Source: Candidatus Korarchaeum cryptofilum OPF8 (lineage in GTDB: Archaea > Korarchaeota > Korarchaeia > Korarchaeales > Korarchaeaceae). Taken from it: 32,000 bases of DNA. A program made the position numbers and the translations under genes. Positions 8,422-16,353 of the stretch are shown here, piece by piece. How positions within the stretch are numbered: the stretch's first letter is position 1; every line of letters starts with the position of its first letter. Below the pieces are notes generated by a model. It was not told where the DNA came from. It searched no databases and saw nothing but the letters and a program-made list of their open reading frames with translations. The DNA lies in assembly GCF_000019605.1 (NCBI RefSeq), contig NC_010482.1, positions 90,001-122,000 of the forward strand. The letters are read 5' to 3'.

Positions 8422-9234
8422 TTGAATACCGAAGACTTTATAACTGGGAGCGATATGAAGGCTCAAGTGGTATCGATGGATGCAGGCGATGATATCGACA
8501 GGGAACTTCTATCGAATTACCACAGGAGGATATTGAAGGAAGTAGTAGCGAAGAAGGTGGCTGGGGATATACTCTTCAGCGACAATATAGGACAGGCGAT
8601 GAGGAAGTGGAGGGAGTACTTCGGAGTTAAACAGAGCGAGCTAGCTAGAGCTCTTGGGGTATCAGCTTCAGTCGTCTCCGATTATGAATCGAGCAGGAGG
8701 AAGAGTCCAGGCTCCTCCGTGCTCAAGAGGTTCGTGATGGCCCTTATAGAGGAGGATGAGAAGAGGGGAGGAGCGATACTCAGATCCCTAGTGAGGACGA
8801 CGGGTCTAGTCCCCCTATTATCTAGCGTCATAGATATGAACGAGTACACATTGCCAGTCGAACTGGAGAGGTTCCTCGAGGCGATAGATGGAAGGATAAT
8901 AGTGGAAGCTCCTCAACCGACTTATGTGCATGGTTATACGGTAATAGACAGCCTCAAGGCGATCCTCAATTTAAGTGGATCGGATTTCATGAGGCTCTTC
9001 GGGACTTCCACCGAGAGGGCTCTGATATTCACGAGAGTATCCGCTGGAAGGAGCCCCTTAGTGGCCCTGAAGGTCGTCGATGTGAGGCCGAGCTTAGTGG
9101 TGCTCCACGGCCCTCAGCCGGATAGCGTGGATGAGTTAGGTATAAAGCTAGCTTCCGTGATGAGGGTTCCTCTAGCTGTCACCACTATAAAGGATGTCAA
9201 TGAGATCGTCGGGAGGCTGAGGAGCCTATCTTAA
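8422..9234 (+). CDS. XRE-type helix-turn-helix transcriptional regulator with a C-terminal domain (archaeal COG1395-like)
   Basis: MRKWREYFGVKQSELARALGVSASVVSDYESSRR is a classic XRE HTH. It starts 3 nt after the SWIM gene stop, which suggests an operon. Start is TTG 8422 or ATG 8455. Confidence 0.8.
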   Translation: MNTEDFITGSDMKAQVVSMDAGDDIDRELLSNYHRRILKEVVAKKVAGDILFSDNIGQAMRKWREYFGVKQSELARALGVSASVVSDYESSRRKSPGSSVLKRFVMALIEEDEKRGGAILRSLVRTTGLVPLLSSVIDMNEYTLPVELERFLEAIDGRIIVEAPQPTYVHGYTVIDSLKAILNLSGSDFMRLFGTSTERALIFTRVSAGRSPLVALKVVDVRPSLVVLHGPQPDSVDELGIKLASVMRVPLAVTTIKDVNEIVGRLRSLS

Positions 9235-9506
9235 TGCTATGCCGAGTCTCGGCAGTACGCTGCATTAGGGAGAATATGGAAAAACATTTAAGAGAAGCTT
9301 GGAGAAATTAGTGTTTTTAACGCAGTTTAATTATCTCTATTCTTCTCATATTAGGTTATTTGTGAGAGCCTAGCTCTCGCTTTCACATTCCTTCTCCTAA
9401 GCACCCTGAGGCATAGTTGGACCTATCAGGAGCATCATTCACTCTTAAGAGCGATTAAAAAAAGGAAATTGGTTGATCACCTCTCACTACATTGTTTAAA
9501 TAAAAA

Positions 9507-10376
9507 CTAGGAAGCGCTTATTATCGCGAATTGATGATAGAAGCGGGAGTATAGAATGATCACATAGGGATGACCGAAGCTTCTGGAGGACTTGTCGGGG
9601 TAGGGAAGTGCATAATAAGCGTAACCCACTGAGACCGATAGCTTCTTCCCCCTTATGTAAGAAGCCCCTCCACCAGGATAATTAGGATAACCGTAGAGCC
9701 GCCATTTCGTATTACCCTTATAAAAGTCGGCTTGGCTCCATAACTCAGCCTCAAATCTCGTAATAAGATTCCCAGTATTATCCCTGACTTTCAGTTGTAC
9801 TACTTTCCCGTTCTTGGAGACGTAGTCTGTTAATATAGCCTGTATGAAGTACTTCACATGTATCCTGTAATAATTTGGATATGTTTGCATGGTGTAATTC
9901 CCTATCCAGTTATAGTGCTTATAATCTGAAAATGTCTGTATACCACTGGCACAATTAAGACAATTTCCACTCATATCCCAAACTGAGAAATATGTACCTT
10001 TGAACTGGCTATCTGCTACCTTACCGAATATGAGCTTATCATTCAGATAGACGTAAAAGCTACTCCCATTAATGTCATAGTAGCGGTCAACATCGATGGG
10101 CTCATCCGTCACATTGATTCCTCTTTTGATGAACCTCCCCTGCTCATCCGTAACGTAACCCCTTCCTGGGACGTATACGTTAGGCTCTGGTATCAACTCT
10201 GGCGTCGGCGCGTTCTTTATCTCTTCCCATAATTCCTTTAATTCAGTAATGTTTATCCCCTCATCCACCTCTTTGCCCTCCGGTAGCTCTCGAGTCATAT
10301 TATCCGGTTGAGTCGCTCCATATAGAATGGGTAATAGAAGCACTATGAGTAGGGAAACTAATAGAAGGTCTCTCAT
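9507..10376 (-). CDS. Secreted protein, unassigned family 'A', copy 1
   Basis: Signal peptide MRDLLLVSLLIVLLLPILYGA followed by many N-x-S/T sequons. Family blocks APTPELIPEP, SQFKGTYF, CLNC, IHVKYFIQA, FEAELWS, GGASYIRGK and YSRFYHQFAI are shared with 11912-12787 and 14162-15040. Confidence 0.85.
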   Translation of the reverse strand: MRDLLLVSLLIVLLLPILYGATQPDNMTRELPEGKEVDEGINITELKELWEEIKNAPTPELIPEPNVYVPGRGYVTDEQGRFIKRGINVTDEPIDVDRYYDINGSSFYVYLNDKLIFGKVADSQFKGTYFSVWDMSGNCLNCASGIQTFSDYKHYNWIGNYTMQTYPNYYRIHVKYFIQAILTDYVSKNGKVVQLKVRDNTGNLITRFEAELWSQADFYKGNTKWRLYGYPNYPGGGASYIRGKKLSVSVGYAYYALPYPDKSSRSFGHPYVIILYSRFYHQFAIISAS

Positions 10377-10480
10377 AATCCGAATAGAGAAGGAAAAATA
10401 ATATAGGGATTTTCATGCGATAGCTATATATATACGACGAATGACGAGAAATTTATATTTATGATTTACTGCATCATATA
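10377..10480. promoter_or_regulatory. Bidirectional promoter of cassette 1
   Basis: The 104-bp AT-rich spacer has TATA-like aaaaataatata (10395-10406, about 20-30 nt from the minus-strand ATG at 10376) and aaatttatattta (10449-10461, about 20-30 nt from the ATG at 10481). A central block gattttcatgcgatagc(TA)5cgacgaatgacgag is conserved in cassette 3. Confidence 0.55.
10425..10434. repeat. (TA)5 dinucleotide repeat in the cassette 1 promoter
   Basis: tatatatata sits between the two TATA-like boxes. The orthologous position in cassette 3 carries (TA)7. Confidence 0.9.
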
Positions 10481-11773
10481 ATGATGAATAGGAAGATAAT
10501 AGTCATTACTGTAATCCTCATAGTTATCATATCCGCAGTAATCTCGATGGAAATAACTCAGATTGGCCATTCTAATACGCATGTTCATACCAGTAGCTCT
10601 AACATCAGTAGTTCGGTGACTGAACCTCGCAGCAATATTTCAACGACGGAGTCATTCTCGACTGAAAGAGATGCTATCTTCATAGGAGATGGAGCCCCCG
10701 CCTACGCGCTCCTGAAGATGAAGGATAAGATTTACGCATTAGGGGGAGGAGTCGCCGTCATTTTCTCGGAGGATTTGAGTCCCTTGTGCTATGCGAAGCT
10801 CAAATATAATATATGGAAAGCTGAGAAGTACGATGAGGACCGCTTTGTATCAATGCAGCAGTGGTATTCTCTACCCGGGAGCATAGCGATGTTCGATTCG
10901 GAGCTCAACTTGATATGGTCTGTTGATGGGAACTTCACGGATTTCAGAGTAGCAAATAATAAAATTTATGCAATAGAATCTAGGAGCGGTTTCTTAGAAT
11001 CTAGGAACGGCTCCTATTACCTAGATATATTCGATGGAAACGGTAATTTGATCAGATCATTTAAAGCATTAGATGTTAAGGAGATCGCGGGACGCACGGT
11101 AATACAGTATCTCCTATCTATAGAAGTCAAGGATGGTAAAATATATGTACCATATGTGTCAGGAGAGGCAGAAGGGCCCTACAAACTGACGCTCCTGAGA
11201 TTCGATGAACAAGGTAATTTGGAACTCAAGAAGGTCATATATGAGGCGAAGGAAAACATGGATCGCACTTACATATACAGCTATAAGGATGGGCTCCTCT
11301 TAGCGATCGAAGGCCCTATATGCCGCTATATCTACACAGATAGAGAGGGGAATATAGTGGGGAAGGCTGGGTGGAAGCCCCCACTAGAAGCGGGTTTCAG
11401 GAATTGTTGGGGTCAGGCGAAGGTATTGAATGATAGAGTTTACGTATTCGGTCACGATGAATGTTTATTCGCTGGATTCGTTGGCTTGGTAGATGAATCA
11501 TCACTCTACGTAAATGAGTACAATGAATCGATGTATTACACGAGGGTACAGGAGATAGTCCTTCAGAAGGGTGGTACTTGGCAGGATAACTCCGTCGTAT
11601 ATGATATCCTCTCGGATGGCGATGAGCTCTACGTGATAGGGATTGTTCAGATGAGCCTACCATCTGGTGCTTTCATAGTCAGAGTGGATCCTGATCTTAA
11701 AGTAAATATCAACAATCTCCTAGAACAGGCTGATGTGGTTTACTTGGAGGACATACCCCCATGTAAATCTTAG
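10481..11773 (+). CDS. N-terminally membrane-anchored beta-propeller-like surface protein, family 'B', copy 1
   Basis: One N-terminal TM helix (IIVITVILIVIISAVISMEI) is followed by a 37-aa Ser/Thr-rich stalk. Recurring strand motifs (KDKIYALGG, NNKIYAIES, DGKIYVPYVSG, NDRVYVFGHD, GDELYVIGIV, with D..GN.i turns) resemble PQQ/BamB-type propeller blades. It ends in ADVVYLEDIPPCKS. Confidence 0.85.
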   Translation: MMNRKIIVITVILIVIISAVISMEITQIGHSNTHVHTSSSNISSSVTEPRSNISTTESFSTERDAIFIGDGAPAYALLKMKDKIYALGGGVAVIFSEDLSPLCYAKLKYNIWKAEKYDEDRFVSMQQWYSLPGSIAMFDSELNLIWSVDGNFTDFRVANNKIYAIESRSGFLESRNGSYYLDIFDGNGNLIRSFKALDVKEIAGRTVIQYLLSIEVKDGKIYVPYVSGEAEGPYKLTLLRFDEQGNLELKKVIYEAKENMDRTYIYSYKDGLLLAIEGPICRYIYTDREGNIVGKAGWKPPLEAGFRNCWGQAKVLNDRVYVFGHDECLFAGFVGLVDESSLYVNEYNESMYYTRVQEIVLQKGGTWQDNSVVYDILSDGDELYVIGIVQMSLPSGAFIVRVDPDLKVNINNLLEQADVVYLEDIPPCKS

Positions 11774-11807
11774 TTGAGAACCTAAGACCAGCCGTAACCA
11801 ATTTTTT
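11768..11807 (+). terminator. Hairpin overlapping the stop codon, followed by a T6 tract, after B copy 1
   Basis: TCTTAG (11768-11773, includes the TAG stop) pairs with CTAAGA (11782-11787), and TTTTTT follows at 11802-11807. The same hairpin recurs after B copy 3 (16348-16367). Confidence 0.4.
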
Positions 11808-11911
11808 AAGATCATCATATCTACTGCTAAACATACCTCGAGTGAGCTGCTCCTCGACCGAAGCTCATACAGTTTCAAGAGCGATTGGAGGATCATAGAA
11901 AGGGGAGTAGT

Positions 11912-12787
11912 TCATTCTCTCACTATCGCGAATTGATGGTAGAATCGGGAGTGTAGAGTGATGACATAAGGACGACCGAAGCTCCTGCTCGCTAGGGAAG
12001 GATATTGTGCATAGTAAGAGAGCCCCACTGAGACCTTTACCGTCTTCCCCCTTATGTAGGAAGCCCCTCCATCAGGATAATCAGAATAGCCATAGAGCTG
12101 CCAACCTCTACCCTTACGGAAATTGGCCTCGCTAAATAGCTCAGCCTCGAATAGTGAGATGACCTTTCCCCCGCGGGGGTGCCCGCCCGATCTCAGCAGG
12201 ATACGTACTTTACTCTCATTCCAAGAAACACAAGAAATATAGCCCTGCAGCTCGGCCTGTATGAAATACTTTACATGTATTTTTCGAAAATCTGGATAAT
12301 TTTCTTCAGTATAATTCCCTATCCAGTTGTAATCTTTATAGCTTGAGAACGTTTGAGGGCCATCTTTACAATTTAAACAATGTCCAGTTTCATTAAAGAC
12401 TAGGAAATAGGTACCTTTGAACTGGCTATCGGTCACTCTCTCCAATATGAGCTTCTCATTCCTGTAAACGTAGAGAGTATTTCCGAGTTTGTCGGAGTAA
12501 ATATCCATCTCGTTTATCCTCAGCAGTGTGATGAAATTCAAGTAGGAGTCTGTGACAAATCCCTTCCCTGGAACGTATACGTTGGGCTCTGGTATCAACT
12601 CTGGCGTCGGCGCGTTCTTTATCTCCTCCCATAATTCCTTTAATTCTGTTATATTTGTTTCCTCATCTTCACTCTTCTTCCACTCTATGAATTCCGGGCC
12701 GAACCATTGACTCGAATTATCCGGCTGAGCTATTCCATATACGATAGGGATTATCATCAATGTGAGCAGAGTAGCTAGCGCCCTCAT
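11912..12787 (-). CDS. Secreted protein, unassigned family 'A', copy 2
   Basis: Signal peptide MRALATLLTLMIIPIVYGIA and the same conserved blocks as copies 1 and 3 (ITELKELWEEIKNAPTPELIPEPNVYVPG, identical to copy 1; CLNC; YSRFYHQFAI). Confidence 0.85.
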   Translation of the reverse strand: MRALATLLTLMIIPIVYGIAQPDNSSQWFGPEFIEWKKSEDEETNITELKELWEEIKNAPTPELIPEPNVYVPGKGFVTDSYLNFITLLRINEMDIYSDKLGNTLYVYRNEKLILERVTDSQFKGTYFLVFNETGHCLNCKDGPQTFSSYKDYNWIGNYTEENYPDFRKIHVKYFIQAELQGYISCVSWNESKVRILLRSGGHPRGGKVISLFEAELFSEANFRKGRGWQLYGYSDYPDGGASYIRGKTVKVSVGLSYYAQYPSLASRSFGRPYVITLHSRFYHQFAIVRE

Positions 12788-12875
12788 ACACCGAATTATC
12801 GCTGTGACGAAATATTAAGATTTCCATGGGCGAACATTGAAAAGTATATAAATCTGTTTTAAGTTAATTCGGGCG
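12788..12875. promoter_or_regulatory. Bidirectional promoter of cassette 2 (sequence unrelated to cassettes 1 and 3)
   Basis: The 88-bp spacer has TATA-like aatattaaga (12811-12820, serving the minus-strand gene) and aaagtatataaat (12841-12853, about 25 nt before the ATG at 12876). Confidence 0.5.
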
Positions 12876-14072
12876 ATGAGCATCAGGCTGGCCGTATTAA
12901 TAATCCTTGTCGTGGCAGTAATTTTAGCAATTTCAGTCATGAGAGTACCTCAAGCTGAGCATGGCGGTAGCTCTCACACCAGTAGTTCATCGAAAGAACT
13001 CTCCGTCGGAAGAGATGCTATCTTCATAGGAGATGGAGCCCCGGCCTACGCGCTCCTGAGGATGAAGGATAAGATTTACGCATTAGGGGGAGGAGTCGCC
13101 GTCATTTTCTCGGAGGATTTGAGTCCCTTATGCTATGCGAAGCTCAAATATAATATATGGAAAGCTGAGAATTATGATGAGGACCGCTTTGTATCAATGC
13201 AGCAGTGGTATCCGCCAACGCGGGTCGGGAGCATAGCGATGTTCGATTCGGAGCTCAACTTGATATGGTCCGTTGATGGGAACTTCACGGATTTCAGAGT
13301 AGCAAATAATAAAATTTATGCAGCAGAGCTTAAAGGGGATTACTATTATCTCGATATATTCGATGGAAACGGTAATCTGATTAGATCATTCAGGGTCTTG
13401 GATGCTAATGAAGTCACCGAGTGGATACGAGATTCATTAACTATAGAAGTTAATGATAAAATATATGTACCATACGTTTCGGGAGATAGCAAGCCCTACA
13501 AACTGATGCTCCTGAGCTTTGACGAACAAGGCAACTTGGAGCTCGAGAAGGAAATTTATGAGACCGAGGAAGACGTAGGTCGCACCTACATATACAGCTA
13601 TAGGGACAGTTTCCTTCTGACGATCGAAGGTCCCGCGTGCCGCTACATCTACGTAGATAGGAATGGGAGCATATTGAGGGAGAGTATTTGGGAGCCATTA
13701 TTCGAAACTGGGTTCAGGAATTGCTGGACTAGGGCGAAGGTAGTGAATGATAGAGTTTACGTATTCGGTCACGATGAATGCATATTCGCTGGATTAATAG
13801 GAATAATCGAGACACCCACTCCGGACTCCCCGAGCTTCAAGTACATACAGGAGATATTCGTCAAAAGGGATAGTACTTGGCAGGATAACTCCATCATATA
13901 CGATATCCTCCCGGATGGAGATGAGCTCTACGTTATAGGGCTGGTCCAGATGAATCTACCCTCGGGAGCTTTCATAGTCAGAGTGGATCCGGATATTGAC
14001 ACGGAAATTAGCCCACTCCTGGAGCGAGCTGATGTGGTTTACTTGGAGGACATGCCTCCCTGCAAATCTTAG
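12876..14072 (+). CDS. N-terminally membrane-anchored beta-propeller-like surface protein, family 'B', copy 2
   Basis: TM helix LAVLIILVVAVILAISV, a short Ser-rich stalk, the same blade motifs, and a C-terminus of ADVVYLEDMPPCKS. Confidence 0.85.
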   Translation: MSIRLAVLIILVVAVILAISVMRVPQAEHGGSSHTSSSSKELSVGRDAIFIGDGAPAYALLRMKDKIYALGGGVAVIFSEDLSPLCYAKLKYNIWKAENYDEDRFVSMQQWYPPTRVGSIAMFDSELNLIWSVDGNFTDFRVANNKIYAAELKGDYYYLDIFDGNGNLIRSFRVLDANEVTEWIRDSLTIEVNDKIYVPYVSGDSKPYKLMLLSFDEQGNLELEKEIYETEEDVGRTYIYSYRDSFLLTIEGPACRYIYVDRNGSILRESIWEPLFETGFRNCWTRAKVVNDRVYVFGHDECIFAGLIGIIETPTPDSPSFKYIQEIFVKRDSTWQDNSIIYDILPDGDELYVIGLVQMNLPSGAFIVRVDPDIDTEISPLLERADVVYLEDMPPCKS

Positions 14073-14161
14073 TCTAGGATCTCGGGCCGACTACCAAATT
14101 CATTTTCAAGAATGAAAAAAATAATTTTTATCGACCTTACACTACTTTGTTTAAAAAAACA

Positions 14162-15040
14162 CTAGGAGGCGCTCATTATCGCGAATTGATGATAGAAGCG
14201 GGAGTATAGTTTGATTATGTGCGGGTGTCCGAAAGGCGGTCTCATCGATAGGTAAGGGTAGGGAGTGTAATAGGAGAGCCCCACAGAGACGGATAGCCTC
14301 TTCCCCTTTATGTACTCGGCACCTCCCAATGGAAGATGAGGATAGCCATAGAGCTGCCAACCCACCCAGTTACATTTGACTTTATCGTTTTTCTCCTTGC
14401 AGTAGTTGGCCTCGCTCCATAACTCAGCCTCGAATCTCGTAATGATCTCCGTGCCATCCCTGACTCTCAGTTGTACTTTATTATTCGGGTTTCCGTTCTT
14501 ATAGACAGAACCTGTTAGTATGGCCTGTATGAAGTACTTTATATGTATCTTAACATATTTATCTCTATAAGCCGGATTATTATCAACTTGTGACTTTATT
14601 GATTGATAATCCTTATAAAATCCATATGTTTGATCGCCTTCACGACAATTTAGGCAAGTGTTATCCCTATCGAAGATTGAGAAGTAAGTACCTTTGAACC
14701 AACTATCTGCTACATTAGCGAATACTAACTTATCGCCAACATAGACGTAAAAACTACTCCCGTTAGTATCGAAATAATAATCCCTCTCATTAGTCCCCAG
14801 AGGCGTGATTATTTTTCCCTCCTTTACAATGTAAGGTTCAGGTATCAACTCTGGCGTCGGCGCATCCTTTATCTTCTCCCATATCTCCTTTAGTTCAGCT
14901 GTACTTATTTCCTCATTTATCCTCTTTCGATCCACGTCTCCTGGACTCGGCCCTTGAGTCATATTATCCGGTTGAGCCGCTCCATGCATGATGGGTAATA
15001 AAAGCACTATGAGTAGGGAAACTAATAGAAGGTCTCTCAT
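14162..15040 (-). CDS. Secreted protein, unassigned family 'A', copy 3
   Basis: The signal peptide MRDLLLVSLLIVLLLPIMHGA is nearly identical to copy 1. Conserved blocks include APTPELIPEP, WFKGTYF, CLNC, IHIKYFIQA, FEAELWS and YSRFYHQFAI. Confidence 0.85.
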   Translation of the reverse strand: MRDLLLVSLLIVLLLPIMHGAAQPDNMTQGPSPGDVDRKRINEEISTAELKEIWEKIKDAPTPELIPEPYIVKEGKIITPLGTNERDYYFDTNGSSFYVYVGDKLVFANVADSWFKGTYFSIFDRDNTCLNCREGDQTYGFYKDYQSIKSQVDNNPAYRDKYVKIHIKYFIQAILTGSVYKNGNPNNKVQLRVRDGTEIITRFEAELWSEANYCKEKNDKVKCNWVGWQLYGYPHLPLGGAEYIKGKRLSVSVGLSYYTPYPYLSMRPPFGHPHIIKLYSRFYHQFAIMSAS

Positions 15041-15147
15041 AACGAAGCCAGAGAGTTAAAAATAATATAGAGATTTTCATGCAATAGCTATATATATATA
15101 TACGACGAATGACGAGAAATTTATATTATGATTTACTGCATTATTGG
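15041..15147. promoter_or_regulatory. Bidirectional promoter of cassette 3 (near-copy of the cassette 1 promoter)
   Basis: aaaaataatatagagattttcatgcaatagc(TA)7cgacgaatgacgagaaatttatatt matches 10394-10460 apart from a few substitutions and the TA-repeat length. Confidence 0.55.
15089..15102. repeat. (TA)7 dinucleotide repeat in the cassette 3 promoter
   Basis: tatatatatatata, compared with (TA)5 at the equivalent site of cassette 1. Confidence 0.9.
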
Positions 15148-16353
15148 ATGATGAACAGGAAGGCATTCCTGGTTATAGCAGTTCTACTGGTCCTCATCAC
15201 AGTCCTCATAGCCCTAATCACGATTAAAAGATCCCCTGAACAATCCGGTGGAAGGGATGCTATCTTCATAGATCGAAAGGATCTGAAGAAGAGCCTCGAT
15301 GTACCACAATATGCTATCCTGAAGATTAAGGATAAGATTTATGCGTTAGGCGGTTATGATGAGGGAGTTGCTGTAATTCTCTCCGAGGATCTGAGGCCGA
15401 TATGCCATGCGAAACTCAAGCATGAGTTATGGAGAGCTGAGAAGTACGATGAGGATAGATTTGTAGCAATGTCAATTTGGTACTGGTATTCAGAGACGCT
15501 CGCAGCGGCCGGAAGCAATATAACGATGTTCGATTATAAGTTCAATCAGATATGGTCCGTTAACGGGAACTTCACGGATTTCAGAGTAGCAAATAATAAA
15601 ATTTATGTAATAGAGCACAGAGGGAATTCTAGTTATCTCGATATATTCGATGGAAACGGTAATTTAATCAAATCATTTAAAGTATTAGACGAAAGAGAGG
15701 TAGAGGAAGAATTAAAAAATTATGTATCTATAGAAGCGAAGAATAGTAAAATATACGTAGCCTATATATCGGGAGGGGATAGTGAGCCCCATAAACTGAT
15801 GCTCCTAAGGTTCGATGAACAAGGCAACTTGGAGCTCAAGAAAGCCGTTTATGGAGAATCAGGAACTCTTGGGAGTATACGTAACTATAGAGATGGGCTT
15901 CTCCTACCTCTTTCAACTTCCTCCTGCCGCTTCATATACGTAGATAGGGATGGTAACTTTTTGGGGGAGGCTCGATGGAAGCCCCCGTTCGGGGAGGGAT
16001 GCGCAGCTGATGCGAAGGTGTTCAATGGTAGAGCGTATATATTAGGCTATGATCCCAATTTATTCGCTGGTTACGTGGGCTTAATAAATGAATCGATATA
16101 TGTGAATGGATCATTCTACTACACGAAAGTGCAGGAGATATTCGTCAAAAGGGATAGTACCTGGCAGAGCAACTCTGTCGTGAGGGATGTCCTCCTTAAT
16201 GATGAGCTCTACGTTATAGGGCTGGTCCAGATGCATCCGCCATCCGGCGCTTTCATAGCTAGAGTGGACCCTTACCTAAATGAGGATATCAGCTATCTCC
16301 TCGAGCGAGCTGATGTGGTTTACTTGGAGGACATACCTCCCTGCAAATCTTAG
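15148..16353 (+). CDS. N-terminally membrane-anchored beta-propeller-like surface protein, family 'B', copy 3
   Basis: I place the start at ATGATG 15148 (MMNRKAFLVIAVLLVLI...), by analogy with copy 1 (MMNRKIIVITV...) and the conserved upstream promoter. The track ORF starts at 15109, inside that promoter. It has almost no stalk (SPEQSGG) and ends in ADVVYLEDIPPCKS. Confidence 0.85.
   Translation: MMNRKAFLVIAVLLVLITVLIALITIKRSPEQSGGRDAIFIDRKDLKKSLDVPQYAILKIKDKIYALGGYDEGVAVILSEDLRPICHAKLKHELWRAEKYDEDRFVAMSIWYWYSETLAAAGSNITMFDYKFNQIWSVNGNFTDFRVANNKIYVIEHRGNSSYLDIFDGNGNLIKSFKVLDEREVEEELKNYVSIEAKNSKIYVAYISGGDSEPHKLMLLRFDEQGNLELKKAVYGESGTLGSIRNYRDGLLLPLSTSSCRFIYVDRDGNFLGEARWKPPFGEGCAADAKVFNGRAYILGYDPNLFAGYVGLINESIYVNGSFYYTKVQEIFVKRDSTWQSNSVVRDVLLNDELYVIGLVQMHPPSGAFIARVDPYLNEDISYLLERADVVYLEDIPPCKS

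Noticed and set aside
9240-9254. Palindrome TGCCGAG-t-CTCGGCA just after the XRE regulator stop, as a terminator or operator
   Set aside because: It is a single 7-bp inverted repeat with a 1-nt loop, no following T-tract and no second copy in the window. That is insufficient evidence for either role.
11812-11818. C-box-like ATGATGA (minus strand) between B1 and A2 as a possible C/D box sRNA; also CGATGA at 19711-19717 and AATGATGC on the minus strand near 9431-9438
   Set aside because: None has a correctly spaced D/D' box (CTGA) or C' box, nor terminal complementarity. Isolated matches of 6-7 nt are expected by chance.
15109-15147. N-terminal extensions implied by the track's longest-ORF starts (15109, 19818, 22120, 26395, 26707 and 29638)
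   Set aside because: The extensions lack signal or TM character where the paralog or family clearly begins later. They also overlap conserved promoter elements or lack SD/TATA support, and internal ATGs with SD-like GGTGA/GGAGG or TATA spacing fit better.
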